A stretch of DNA of 64,000 nucleotides, taken from contig CP074575.1 in assembly GCA_018394315.1 (NCBI GenBank), positions 434,001 through 498,000 on the forward strand. Reading direction: 5' to 3'. The position numbers were made by a program, and so were the translations under genes. The notes under the pieces are model-generated. The model made no database searches and was not told the DNA's origin. It worked only from the letters and a program-made list of their open reading frames with translations. The stretch is from Mycoplasmatota bacterium. GTDB lineage: Bacteria > Bacillota_I > Bacilli_A > MAG-NZ. Shown here piece after piece: positions 49,830-60,529 of the stretch. How positions within the stretch are numbered: the first letter of the stretch is position 1; the number at the start of each line of letters is the position of its first letter.

Positions 49830-50553
49830 AAAAATCGATAATTTATATCACAGTAATCCCTTAGATACATTAGCTACAGCACTATGGAAAATCAAAAATG
49901 ATAATCATAAAATAGTTGAAGATAAAGATAGATTGATGGTTTTAGATAAGAAAGCGATAATTTTTTATTATCCTAAAACTGAAAATATAAGCTTAAGTGA
50001 TTTTCAAAATACTGAGATTTCAGTAATTCATAGCAAATATCTTAAGTATGTTCCAACACATCTTTATAATACTTCTACTAAATATTTCAAGTTAATACAT
50101 GTTTTAAAAAATATAAGCTCAGTTGACGAAAGCTTAACATTCAAGAAAGTAGAATTACCTAAAGATATACCTGACATTGTTAATATAATAAGAACCTGTT
50201 ACGAGAATCTACATGTTAATGAAGAAATTGTAAATAAGTGGACAACCCATCCTACCTATAACTCTAATTTATGGATTTGGATATTGGACAAAAACAAAGA
50301 TAAAATGGCTCTAGGGATCGCGGAATTCGATAAAGAATCTAAAGAAGGTGCCCTTGAGTGGATACAAGTTTACCCTGAATACCAAGGAAAAGGTCTTGGT
50401 AGAAGTTTAGTGAATTACCTCTTACTTAACCTAAGAAACAAAGCCAAATTTGTAACCGTATCTGGCGAGATTGACAATATAACTAAACCAGAGAAATTGT
50501 ACCGTAAATGTGGGTTTACTGGTGACGCAGTTTGGCATTTATTCAAGAAGTAA
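49819..50553 (+). CDS. GNAT family N-acetyltransferase
   Basis: LEWIQVYPEYQGKGLG, LYRKCGF. Confidence 0.88.
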   Translation: MNFKKIDNLYHSNPLDTLATALWKIKNDNHKIVEDKDRLMVLDKKAIIFYYPKTENISLSDFQNTEISVIHSKYLKYVPTHLYNTSTKYFKLIHVLKNISSVDESLTFKKVELPKDIPDIVNIIRTCYENLHVNEEIVNKWTTHPTYNSNLWIWILDKNKDKMALGIAEFDKESKEGALEWIQVYPEYQGKGLGRSLVNYLLLNLRNKAKFVTVSGEIDNITKPEKLYRKCGFTGDAVWHLFKK

Positions 50554-50627
50554 AGTTACCAATTTACAAAATTACATCTATTCTTTATTAGATAAATATT
50601 CTTATAGATTATTAAGGAGTTGCAATT

Positions 50628-51629
50628 ATGAGAAAAATAGGATTTCTAATTATTATACTAGTTATCATATGCGGTTGCGAAAAAAATGAAGTTGATCTTG
50701 AAACGGAAGTATATCTTAAAGAGTTTAATGAGTTTAGAAAAGACTTTGGAGTATGGAGTACATTTGGATACTATAAAACTCCAGAAATCATAAACACCGA
50801 CACCCCAACTATTCCAGTAAAATATGAGATTGACCATCACATTATATCTGATGAATTACTTAAAGTTTATGAGAACGAGGATATATACGATAATTCAGTA
50901 CATAAGAAAACGGATTTCTACTTTCCAAAAGGAATAAAAGAGTTAAACAAAATTATTGATATGCTTCCTGAAGATCATTCATGGGTGGAAATTACAGACA
51001 GCATAGACTCATCTTTATCCCCTATTGCACTAATTAAATTCAATTCTCCAGATGGAAAAATCCTTAATGGGTCTGGTGTATTAATTGATAAGAATACTGT
51101 ATTAACAGCTGCGCATGTTCTTTATGGCATTGATGGCTGGAATTATAACTTTGAGATAATAGCTGGGGAAAACAGATTCTCCTCTCCATGTGCAACTAGT
51201 ACGATATCAAATGTAGCAATTCCAGAAGCTTGGAAAAACGCTGCTGACACTGCTGCTAATGATGATTTTTATGATTTCGACTATGATTGGGCTGTTATTA
51301 CACTAGATGAAAATATTGGAGATATCTGTGGTTCATTTGGAATTTCAACTGAAGTTAAAATGAATGACAAAGTTTTTATAAACGGATACCCTTATGAGAA
51401 TGGAGTGCCTTCTAAACATATGATGGCTACTGGAATTACAACTGTAGTTCATTCAAAGCAAATACATCACGATTTAGACTCTTCAGTTGGGCAGAGTGGT
51501 AGTCCTATATGGAACTCAGACGGGATTGTTGCTATTCATTCAAATGGAAGTACATCCTCGATGGTAAATGGAGGGACAAAAATAACCCATGCACTATTCA
51601 ATTACTTGAAGGATTATCATATTGATTAA
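50628..51629 (+). CDS. Trypsin-like (S1B/V8-type) serine protease lipoprotein
   Basis: ICGC lipobox; triad motifs LTAAH, DWAV, GQSGSP. Confidence 0.85.
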   Translation: MRKIGFLIIILVIICGCEKNEVDLETEVYLKEFNEFRKDFGVWSTFGYYKTPEIINTDTPTIPVKYEIDHHIISDELLKVYENEDIYDNSVHKKTDFYFPKGIKELNKIIDMLPEDHSWVEITDSIDSSLSPIALIKFNSPDGKILNGSGVLIDKNTVLTAAHVLYGIDGWNYNFEIIAGENRFSSPCATSTISNVAIPEAWKNAADTAANDDFYDFDYDWAVITLDENIGDICGSFGISTEVKMNDKVFINGYPYENGVPSKHMMATGITTVVHSKQIHHDLDSSVGQSGSPIWNSDGIVAIHSNGSTSSMVNGGTKITHALFNYLKDYHID

Positions 51630-51762
51630 ACTATATTTAATAGGATTATTCAAATATAATAAATATTCGATGAATGCAATAAATAAGTAAATATGCATTA
51701 GTTTAGTGTGCTTAAAAAATTAGATATTTGTTCAGTTATTGTTTTCAATTGAGAGGATTAAT

Positions 51763-52650
51763 ATGTTTAAGAAGAAAATAATTGTGTTTATTATCTTTAC
51801 TCTTTTATTAACTAGTTGTGTTAGCAAAGAAACTGAAATAGATTTATATGAAAACATTGTAAAAACTATAGTGATTACGGTAAATGAGGACAATTACTAT
51901 GTACTAACAAACGACAGGCCTATTAAATTATTAAATATTTACGTTAACGAAGAAACAGTTGATGAAATAATAAATCATGATATTGTTAAATATGGTACTC
52001 CACTAGTTTTCGAAGTTCACGAAGACATAAAAACTAATAATATTTTAACAGCTACTAAAATTTACTCAACTACAGAATCTACTCAGATATTTAAAGGTTA
52101 TCCAAGTTTTGAAGTTGGAGTTATAACTAACTTTAGTCCTAACAAGATTGGTTTATCCGTGCAACCTCAAGTTTCTTTTTCCCCGACTTCCATAAGTTTT
52201 AGGAGGGAAGGAGTAATATGTGATAGACATGAGAATATCCAGGACTCTAATTATCAATGTGATTTTACAAATGTTGAAGATAAATTCAAAGTGGGTGATC
52301 TAGTAGCATTCCCTGTTATAAATTGTGAGCCTTTTTTTGGGATCACCTCCAGTATATTATATAACGGTCCATTTCCAGTCCCAGAAGATGTATTGAGTCA
52401 TTTATCAGAAAATTCTGAAGTATTATATCTAGGTGTACATGGTGAAAACAAGGCTCCACTTTACTACGTAGAAGAGGAGTATTGTGCTAGCGATTATGTT
52501 ATTAAGGTTGATGGTACTACAGTGTTCCACTGCCCAAATAAGTACAAAGTTTTTTATATGAATGAGTATATAACTATTGACAAAGCAATAGAAAAAGAAG
52601 TTTTTCACCCTGGATATGTCCAATACATTGGTGATTTTACTTATCCGTAA
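51763..52650 (+). CDS. Hypothetical lipoprotein
   Basis: LTSC lipobox; GAGAGG RBS. Confidence 0.6.
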   Translation: MFKKKIIVFIIFTLLLTSCVSKETEIDLYENIVKTIVITVNEDNYYVLTNDRPIKLLNIYVNEETVDEIINHDIVKYGTPLVFEVHEDIKTNNILTATKIYSTTESTQIFKGYPSFEVGVITNFSPNKIGLSVQPQVSFSPTSISFRREGVICDRHENIQDSNYQCDFTNVEDKFKVGDLVAFPVINCEPFFGITSSILYNGPFPVPEDVLSHLSENSEVLYLGVHGENKAPLYYVEEEYCASDYVIKVDGTTVFHCPNKYKVFYMNEYITIDKAIEKEVFHPGYVQYIGDFTYP

Positions 52651-52821
52651 TTTCCTATGACGAATTCAATTTAAGATTTCTTATTAAATAGTTTATTTCT
52701 TCAATCGAAAATTTTAGAATACAAATATAATCAAACATATATTTTAGGAGTACATTAATATTTATGTACTGTAAAGGGCTACAAAGAAATAACCTAAGTT
52801 GTTTCTTCATAGCCCCATTTT

Positions 52822-53358
52822 TTATAAATGGTCCTTAATTTTATTTATTGGTAACCCAACAACATTATCAAAATCACCTTTATATGACTTGACTAACATA
52901 GCTCCAATACCTTGAATTGCATATGCCCCTGCTTTATCCATGGGTTCTAAAGTATCAATATACTCCCATATGTCCTGATCAGAATAATTATTAAAAATTA
53001 TTTCTGTTCTTTCGTACAAAGTTTTTGTTGTATTATTCTTAATAATACATACTCCAGTTAATACAAAGTGTTTCCTATTTCTTAACACCTTTAGCATCCT
53101 AAATGCGTCTTCTTTATCAACTGGTTTACCTAATACAATATCATCATAATAAACAACTGTATCTGCAGCTAATATAGTTTCATCTTTATTTCTTTCATAT
53201 ATTTTCAGAGCCTTTTGTTTTGCTAAATCCATAACTTGTTCTTCAACAGATAAATTACTATTTAGTTTTTCATCTATTTGAGGTTTAATAATTCTAAAAC
53301 TAATTCCTTCTCTTTTTAGTATTTCACTCCTTCTTGGAGAACCACTTGCTAAAATCAT
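52822..53358 (-). CDS. maf: Maf family nucleotide pyrophosphatase
   Basis: ILASGSPRR, ADTVV, DKAGAYAIQG, NVVGLP. Confidence 0.95.
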   Translation of the reverse strand: MILASGSPRRSEILKREGISFRIIKPQIDEKLNSNLSVEEQVMDLAKQKALKIYERNKDETILAADTVVYYDDIVLGKPVDKEDAFRMLKVLRNRKHFVLTGVCIIKNNTTKTLYERTEIIFNNYSDQDIWEYIDTLEPMDKAGAYAIQGIGAMLVKSYKGDFDNVVGLPINKIKDHL

Positions 53359-54650
53359 TGTTGTTTTAAGTTAGGTACAAAATATAGTAATACCGAACCT
53401 AATGCTAATGGAATCAATAAGAAAAGTACAGATGTATTAACTGAGAACCCAAGAGTATAAAGTGATGCTAACAAGAACGGCGAGAATATTCCAGCAAATC
53501 TTCCAAATACACTGAAAAATCCAAAGAACTCATTCGCTTTTTCTCTAGGAACCATTCTAGCAAAGTAAGACCTTGAAACAGCTTGAATACCACCTTGGGC
53601 TGAACCAACTAAAACAGCTACCACTAACATTAACCAAGTAGTGCTTTCATGAATGTTATAAACTACTAAAATTGTCAATGTATACATAAAAATTCCGTAA
53701 TAGATCATTCGTTTTGCACCAAATCTCTTTGTTAATCTACCAAATAATAAGGCACAAGGGAATGCAACAAACTGAACAATAACTACTACTGCGAGTAACA
53801 TTGTATCACTAACTTTTAAGTCACCACCGATAGTTGTTGCTAATCTAATGACACTATTAACTACATCAATATATAGTAAATAAGCTAACATATAAATAAA
53901 TATATCTTTATACTTTTTAAAGTCTTTAAAGATTTGAACTAGACTTGATAGTGATTTCTTGAAAACTTCTTCTTCTTGAAGATCATACTTCTGCTTAACA
54001 TTTTTAATCATCGGTAGAGAGTAGTAAAACCACCAAATACAAGAAACAATAAAAGCAAAACTTATTGTAAGATTATACATAGTGAAACTCCAAGTACCAA
54101 CATTAAATAATTGTTCACCATCTAATATTCCAAAAGTAACTAAAGCAAATGGAATTAAACCAATAAAGAATGGAATCATACTTCCAATATATCCCCATGC
54201 AAACCCAAATGCTGACAATGAATCCATATTTTCTTCTTCCGTAACATCCACTAAGAATGCATCATATATAACATTTGTTGAATTGTAACCAATTGAAGCA
54301 ATTACAAAGATTGTAAGTAGTGTCACCCAACTAAGTCCAGGAACTGCAATCCCAATTCCTCCAGCTATACCTATAAACAGGAACATTTTGAAGAATTTAC
54401 TTTTATTTCCTCTATAATTAGCAGCTGCACCAACTAATGGTGAAAGTATTGCTACAACCAATGCTATCCCAGCAGTTAAATACATGAAAGTGGAACTAAC
54501 TTTGGTAGCACCATACCCTTCTGATAACGCAATGTGCTTAGATAATAATGGAAACAATACTGTGATTACGGTTAATACGAATGCTGAATTAGCTACATCG
54601 TATAGAACCCAACTTCTCTCAGATTTTGATAGATGTTTAAACTTAAACAT
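53355..54650 (-). CDS. MFS transporter (ATG22/YxiO-like)
   Basis: WVLYDVANSAF, GYIG, QGGIQAVSRS, EFFGFF. Confidence 0.88.
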   Translation of the reverse strand: MFKFKHLSKSERSWVLYDVANSAFVLTVITVLFPLLSKHIALSEGYGATKVSSTFMYLTAGIALVVAILSPLVGAAANYRGNKSKFFKMFLFIGIAGGIGIAVPGLSWVTLLTIFVIASIGYNSTNVIYDAFLVDVTEEENMDSLSAFGFAWGYIGSMIPFFIGLIPFALVTFGILDGEQLFNVGTWSFTMYNLTISFAFIVSCIWWFYYSLPMIKNVKQKYDLQEEEVFKKSLSSLVQIFKDFKKYKDIFIYMLAYLLYIDVVNSVIRLATTIGGDLKVSDTMLLAVVVIVQFVAFPCALLFGRLTKRFGAKRMIYYGIFMYTLTILVVYNIHESTTWLMLVVAVLVGSAQGGIQAVSRSYFARMVPREKANEFFGFFSVFGRFAGIFSPFLLASLYTLGFSVNTSVLFLLIPLALGSVLLYFVPNLKQQ

Positions 54651-54748
54651 AAATACCTCCCCTAAATTATTACCTAAATTATACCATATAAATCAGAGCG
54701 ATTAATAAATAACTAAACAATGGTATAATAGCTTAAGGGGGAAATCTT

Positions 54749-55708
54749 ATGCCGGATATGATGACACATGCATTTTTAGCTTTAGACGTATTAAAAAATA
54801 TTGAGAATAATGAAATCATTAAGAATAATAAGGAACTATTTTTAATAGGAGCTCAAGGACCCGATCCTTACTTTTATTATAATTTTTATCCTTGGAAAAA
54901 CAGTAATAACATCCCTGCTTTTGGAGGTGTTATGCATAAAACAAAAACTAGAAAGTTTTTTGTAACGTATTTAGAGTATTTATCAAAAAACTTTTCAGAT
55001 GAAGGATTAGCTTTTATACTTGGATGGATTTGCCACTATGCTCTAGATACTAATGCTCATCCATATGTCTTTCACGTAACAGGTATTTATGACGGGAGTA
55101 AAGAAACTAGGAAATATAGAGGAAATCATTTAGCACTTGAAAAAGGAATCGATTCAATCTTCCTTAAAGAAAGAGGATATGACTCAAACAAATATAATCC
55201 TGCTAAAGAGATATTTACTTTAGAAAGTATTCCTGAAACTGTGACTAATATTCTTGACCTTACAATATTTAAAGTACATCAAGTAATAGATATGGGAGTA
55301 ATTTATAATCAAGGATATCTTGATTTCAAAAAAAGTATAAATATTCTTCAGTACGATCCATTTGGAATAAAAAAGTTTTTATATAAAGTACTAGACCTTT
55401 TTAATAAAAAAAGTGCGTACGTTTATAAAACCTTATCTTACCATAATAATGTTTTAAGTAATATTGATTACTTGAATATAAAAAAGAAAGAATGGAAACA
55501 TCCATCCTCACTAGAAATATCAAACGAAACATTTAATGAATTGTATAGTAAAGCAATCGAAAAAGCTACATTTATGATTGATCAAACAATTAAATATCTT
55601 GATGATAATAATATCGATATCGAAGAGTTATTTGATAACTTAAGTTATGAAACTGGTAAAGACTGCGAGTTAAAATTAGAAATAATTCATTTCAATTCAA
55701 TACTATAA
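54749..55708 (+). CDS. Zinc-dependent phospholipase C family protein
   Basis: MPDMMTH, GAQGPD, GWICHYALD...HPYV, HLALE. Confidence 0.85.
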   Translation: MPDMMTHAFLALDVLKNIENNEIIKNNKELFLIGAQGPDPYFYYNFYPWKNSNNIPAFGGVMHKTKTRKFFVTYLEYLSKNFSDEGLAFILGWICHYALDTNAHPYVFHVTGIYDGSKETRKYRGNHLALEKGIDSIFLKERGYDSNKYNPAKEIFTLESIPETVTNILDLTIFKVHQVIDMGVIYNQGYLDFKKSINILQYDPFGIKKFLYKVLDLFNKKSAYVYKTLSYHNNVLSNIDYLNIKKKEWKHPSSLEISNETFNELYSKAIEKATFMIDQTIKYLDDNNIDIEELFDNLSYETGKDCELKLEIIHFNSIL

Positions 55709-55713
55709 GAGGC

Positions 55714-56430
55714 TTAGCCTCTTTTTTTAATCTCATCTATATAATTAACATGGGATCTATTAATCAATAGTGGAGTTATACTAACATATCCATTATCCCA
55801 AGCGTAAACATCTGTATCTTGATCATTATCAGTTAATGATAATGTGGCTATGTTCTTATACGAGTCGTTACTCAGTTCAAATACTGTTTCATATTTTCTA
55901 ACTCCTTGTTTAGTAATTCTAATACCTTTACTTGTCGAATATTTATTATTTGGAAAATTGATATTTAAAACAATATTATTTCTATACACCTTCTCATTTA
56001 TAACATAGTCAAGCACATCTTCTAGTTCCTTTTTTGCAAGAGTAAAATCATTCTTGCTCCCAACAGAAACTGCAATGCCCGGAATACTATTTAGTGCTGC
56101 TTCAGTCGCCCCTGCTACAGTACCTGAATAAAAAATATCATTTCCTAAATTAGGTCCATCATTAATTCCTGAAACAACCAAATCAAATTCTAAATCAAAT
56201 TTATATTTAGCGAACTTAACACAATCAGCAGGTGTACCACCTATTCCATAAATACGCTCACTTCTTTTTTCAACTTTAAAAGATCTTCTAATAGTCAAAC
56301 TATGACTATTAGCACTTTGTTGTTGTAAAGGCGCAACAATAAAAACATCACCATATTTTTCCAGATATTTCGCTAAAATAGATATACCAACAGCATCTAT
56401 TCCATCATCATTTACAACTAATATATTCAT
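55714..56430 (-). CDS. surE: 5'/3'-nucleotidase SurE
   Basis: NDDG, GTPADCV, SGIN, YSGTVAGA, SITPL. Confidence 0.95.
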   Translation of the reverse strand: MNILVVNDDGIDAVGISILAKYLEKYGDVFIVAPLQQQSANSHSLTIRRSFKVEKRSERIYGIGGTPADCVKFAKYKFDLEFDLVVSGINDGPNLGNDIFYSGTVAGATEAALNSIPGIAVSVGSKNDFTLAKKELEDVLDYVINEKVYRNNIVLNINFPNNKYSTSKGIRITKQGVRKYETVFELSNDSYKNIATLSLTDNDQDTDVYAWDNGYVSITPLLINRSHVNYIDEIKKRG

Positions 56431-56562
56431 ACTTCCTCCTATTTCATTTTAAATATTATAACAAATTTTATGTTTTCTTGCTTAAGTTCATTTTTTTACA
56501 GATTTTTATCAATTCTATAAATAAAATTAATAAGCACGAAACTATTTAATGAGGAGAATATT

Positions 56563-58668
56563 ATGAAAAAAATTATAAGTATAATTTTACTTGGGGGATT
56601 ACTTGTATTAACCAGTAATTATAAAATTGGTTTGTTTTTATATATACCAGTAGTAACAATTTTAAGTTCTTTAGGTATACTGTATCCATTATATAGTTTA
56701 TTAGGTGGGATACTTTCAGCTTACTTCTTTAGTCCAAATTTACTTATACCAATAACTATATTTACACTTTCACTTTACTTGGTTAGAAAAATTAAGTTGG
56801 GAAGACCTGAAATTATAGTTTTGCTTGCTTCATCCGTTAATTATTTAATCATGAAGGATATAATATTAACTTCTATTTGTATGTTAGGTAGTACACTTTT
56901 GTATATAGCATTATCATTTACGCTAAATAAGAAAAAGACAGTAATCAACTACTTTGAGCCTCTGATTACAGCTTTATTCCTATTCGCATCGCTAGGTGCA
57001 ACACAAATTGAGGTGCAAAACATAAATCTTGGCTACATTGTATCTTTACTGGGGATAATGTACCTGTCAACTAACCAATATTACTTTTACAGTATCATTG
57101 CTTCTGGAGTTTCTAGCGCCTTCTTTGTTCTAAATAACTATATTGGTGTTTTCTTATATCTATGTTCACTTACATATTTCTTACCAAGAACACTAAATTC
57201 TATTGTTTTTGCAGGATTAGTAATCAGTTCTATGTTTATGAATTTATTTGATAATGAGTATCTTCTTGTTACATTACTAGTTATCGCTGTTAATGAAGTT
57301 ATTACCTCTTTATTCTTCAAAAAAGAGGATAAGATTGCCACTTTAAAAAATATATACAAAAATTTAACTGAAAATATGAACAATCAAATTCTTAATTATG
57401 TTGCCTTTTTAGAAGAATTCTCAAACAACAACATATATCCCAAAGAGTATATGCAAACCATTGAAGAAAACACTATGAAAGTTATTAGACAAGTTTGTAC
57501 TAGATGTCAGAATAAAAAGTGTTTAAGTAAAAACAAGTTCCTAATCAATAGAGCAATCAAAGACTTATTAAAAGGTAATACACTTGATACAAGAAGCCAA
57601 TCTCTTTTCAAACAATGTAAAAACAAACATCAAATGCATCAAATAGTAAGTAAGCTAAATGAGGGAGTAACTAAATCTTTTTCCAAAAAAGAATCATCTC
57701 TTATGAGTCAAATAGAGGGATTCTCAAACATTCTTAAAAACTATGTTATTGATACCGTTAGCAGTCCATTCATCGAGGAGAATAATTTCATTAAGGTAAA
57801 AGACCAACTGATTAAAAATGGTCTTAATATAACTCTATTCGAAATAAAAAAACCATATCTAAATGATTTTAGAATTGATATCGCAATAAGAGGAACAGAT
57901 TTTGATGACGTAAAGAAGGGTATTGAATCAATAGCAAGACAAACATTAAACTCTCCTATTAATGTTAAACTACTCAACAAACAAGGTATTACTATATTTG
58001 TCTCAATCACTCCGGACATAAATTACGATATATCATATGGATTTAGTTCATTAGCCAAAAAAGGTTTGTCAGTATCTGGGGATAATTATTTAGTTAAACC
58101 ACTTTCAAATGGTAAATTTCTTGCAGCTATATCAGATGGAATGGGACATGGTTATAATGCACATCACGAAAGCAAATCACTGATTAATTTAATCAACAAG
58201 GTATCAGACTTAAATATTGATACTAAGTCATCTGTTGATATAATTAATACTTTATATAATATGCAAGAGTTCTTAGATCAATATGCAACACTTGATTTGT
58301 TTGAAATCGATAGGAACACAGGAAAAAGTACCTTATTCAAATTCGGTTCAACTCATACTTATATTGTGAAAGAAACGGGCGGGATAGTAAAACTATTCAA
58401 TGAAAACTTACCTATTGGTATCTTAAATAAAGTTGAATCTAGTAATATTGAGATAGAGAACAATGATTTAATAATAATGATTACAGACGGAATCATTGAG
58501 CAAATTAGTACTGATAATAAATTTGAAGATTTTATCGTTTCACTCAAAGATAAACATGCCCAGAAAGTTGCTTATGACATAATTAACTACTCAACTACTT
58601 TACAAAACAATAATAATCGCGATGATATGGCAGTTATTACATTGAAAGTAAAAGAACGCGCTGCTTAA
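56563..58668 (+). CDS. spoIIE: Stage II sporulation protein E (membrane PP2C phosphatase)
   Basis: Multi-TM N-terminus; CxxC cluster; SGD, SDGMGHG, ATLD, TDG, DDM; directly upstream of tilS-hpt-ftsH. Confidence 0.82.
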   Translation: MKKIISIILLGGLLVLTSNYKIGLFLYIPVVTILSSLGILYPLYSLLGGILSAYFFSPNLLIPITIFTLSLYLVRKIKLGRPEIIVLLASSVNYLIMKDIILTSICMLGSTLLYIALSFTLNKKKTVINYFEPLITALFLFASLGATQIEVQNINLGYIVSLLGIMYLSTNQYYFYSIIASGVSSAFFVLNNYIGVFLYLCSLTYFLPRTLNSIVFAGLVISSMFMNLFDNEYLLVTLLVIAVNEVITSLFFKKEDKIATLKNIYKNLTENMNNQILNYVAFLEEFSNNNIYPKEYMQTIEENTMKVIRQVCTRCQNKKCLSKNKFLINRAIKDLLKGNTLDTRSQSLFKQCKNKHQMHQIVSKLNEGVTKSFSKKESSLMSQIEGFSNILKNYVIDTVSSPFIEENNFIKVKDQLIKNGLNITLFEIKKPYLNDFRIDIAIRGTDFDDVKKGIESIARQTLNSPINVKLLNKQGITIFVSITPDINYDISYGFSSLAKKGLSVSGDNYLVKPLSNGKFLAAISDGMGHGYNAHHESKSLINLINKVSDLNIDTKSSVDIINTLYNMQEFLDQYATLDLFEIDRNTGKSTLFKFGSTHTYIVKETGGIVKLFNENLPIGILNKVESSNIEIENNDLIIMITDGIIEQISTDNKFEDFIVSLKDKHAQKVAYDIINYSTTLQNNNNRDDMAVITLKVKERAA

Positions 58669-58719
58669 CCATTCTACTATATTTATGATATAATTATAAA
58701 AATTACTATAGGAGAAATT

Positions 58720-59970
58720 ATGATTACAGTTGATGATAAATATAAAACGAAAAAAATAATCATTGGTGTTTCTGGCGGAATTGATTCAATGGTTCTTTTT
58801 GATGTTTTAAAAAGTAGTAATATTATAGTTGCTCACGTGAATCATAATATTAGAAAAGAAAGCGAAATAGAATATGAATTCGTTAAGGAAACTTGCCTTA
58901 AATATTCAATCCCTTTTGAAAGCATTAAACTCGATTATAGCAAAGATGAACTAAAAGAAAACTTTCAGTCATTAGCCAGAGAAAAAAGATATAATTTTTT
59001 CTTTAAAATTGTTGATAAGTACGAAGCTGACTTTTTAGCTATAGCTCATCACGGAGATGATCTAATTGAAACAATACTTATGAGTATATCCAGAGGTAGT
59101 AGTTTAAAAGGTTATGGTGGATTTAGCATAGAAAATAAATACAAAGGGTACACGATTATTAGACCTCTTATTAAGTATAGTTCCGAGGATATTGAAAATC
59201 ATGCTGCTTTAAATCAGATTAAATACTACGTTGATTCGTCAAATAAAAGCGATAAATATACTCGTAACCGATATAGAAAAGAGATATTACCGTTTTTAAA
59301 GAAGGAAAACCCTAACATTCATCATAAATATTTACAATATTCAAATACTATTTTAGATGCGTATAGTTTTATTGATGAAGAAGCGGCTCGTTTCTTAAAT
59401 AATGAATTCTCGGTTAAAAGATTTAATGGTTTGAACTCAATCGTAAAAAAAGCAGTACTCTCTAAGATTTTAAGCAAACACAATTTATATAAAAGTTCCG
59501 TAATAATTGATAACTTAATTTCAGTTCTTTCTAGTAATATTCCAAACCAAGAAGTTACATTATCAGACGATTATATATTAATAAAAGAATATGACTTAGT
59601 ATATGTTAAAAAAAAACAAAAAACTATTGATTTTTACTTTGAAATCAATGATTTTGGGCAGTATGAATTACCTGATAATAAAATACTTATTGTCAGCGAA
59701 AAAAATAGTTTTAATTCTCACCAAAGTTTAAAACTATGTTATAATAATACAGTATTTCCGATTTTAGTAAGAAATAGACAAAAGGGAGATAAAATGGCTT
59801 TTCCTTTTGGCACAAAAAAGGTTAAAGATATATTCATTGACTCCAAAATTCCAAGATCAAAAAGAGAAACAATACCACTTATTATTACTAATAACCAAAT
59901 TGTTTGGATTCCAGAAATCAAAAAGACGAAGACTGTAGGAGAAAACCATATCTACCTTTATATAGTTTAA
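58720..59970 (+). CDS. tilS: tRNA(Ile)-lysidine synthetase
   Basis: SGGIDS, AHVNH, AHHGDD, RPL, DSSN...RNR. Confidence 0.95.
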   Translation: MITVDDKYKTKKIIIGVSGGIDSMVLFDVLKSSNIIVAHVNHNIRKESEIEYEFVKETCLKYSIPFESIKLDYSKDELKENFQSLAREKRYNFFFKIVDKYEADFLAIAHHGDDLIETILMSISRGSSLKGYGGFSIENKYKGYTIIRPLIKYSSEDIENHAALNQIKYYVDSSNKSDKYTRNRYRKEILPFLKKENPNIHHKYLQYSNTILDAYSFIDEEAARFLNNEFSVKRFNGLNSIVKKAVLSKILSKHNLYKSSVIIDNLISVLSSNIPNQEVTLSDDYILIKEYDLVYVKKKQKTIDFYFEINDFGQYELPDNKILIVSEKNSFNSHQSLKLCYNNTVFPILVRNRQKGDKMAFPFGTKKVKDIFIDSKIPRSKRETIPLIITNNQIVWIPEIKKTKTVGENHIYLYIV

Positions 59971-59984
59971 AAAGGAGAACTAAT

Positions 59985-60518
59985 ATGAAAGATCATATCG
60001 AATCAATATTACTAGATCAAGATGATATAAGAGAAATTTGTAAGAGATTAGGAAATCAAATTGATGAGGATTATCAAAATAAAAATCCAATGCTTGTTGG
60101 ACTTTTAAAAGGATGTGTTCCTTTTATAGGTGATTTAGGAAAATATATTACTATTCCAATTGAAATGGAATATATGGATGTTTCCAGTTACCATGGTGCT
60201 AAATCTTCTTTAGAGGTAAAAATTTTAAAAGATTTAGATTCTCCTGTGAAAGGTCGACATGTATTAATTGCTGAAGATATTGTTGATACTGGATTTACTT
60301 TGACAAAAGTAATTCAATTACTCAAATATCGAGGAGCAGCAAGTGTTGAAGTTGTTACATTACTAAACAAAGAGGAAGGCCGTTTAACAAAAATGGTACC
60401 GAAATACATTGGTCAAGAAATTCCAAATAGATTTGTAGTAGGGTATGGTTTAGATTACAACCAAAAATACCGTAATTTACCTTACGTAGGAATTTTGAAA
60501 CAAGAAATTTATGAGTAG
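59985..60518 (+). CDS. hpt: Hypoxanthine phosphoribosyltransferase
   Basis: LLKG, EDIVDTGFTL, FVVGYGLDY; start 59985 after AAGGAG. Confidence 0.97.
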   Translation: MKDHIESILLDQDDIREICKRLGNQIDEDYQNKNPMLVGLLKGCVPFIGDLGKYITIPIEMEYMDVSSYHGAKSSLEVKILKDLDSPVKGRHVLIAEDIVDTGFTLTKVIQLLKYRGAASVEVVTLLNKEEGRLTKMVPKYIGQEIPNRFVVGYGLDYNQKYRNLPYVGILKQEIYE

Positions 60519-60529
60519 GAGGATGATTT

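Noticed and set aside
56431..56562. Spo0A boxes expected upstream of spoIIE
   Set aside because: No TGNCGAA match found on either strand, so no site is claimed
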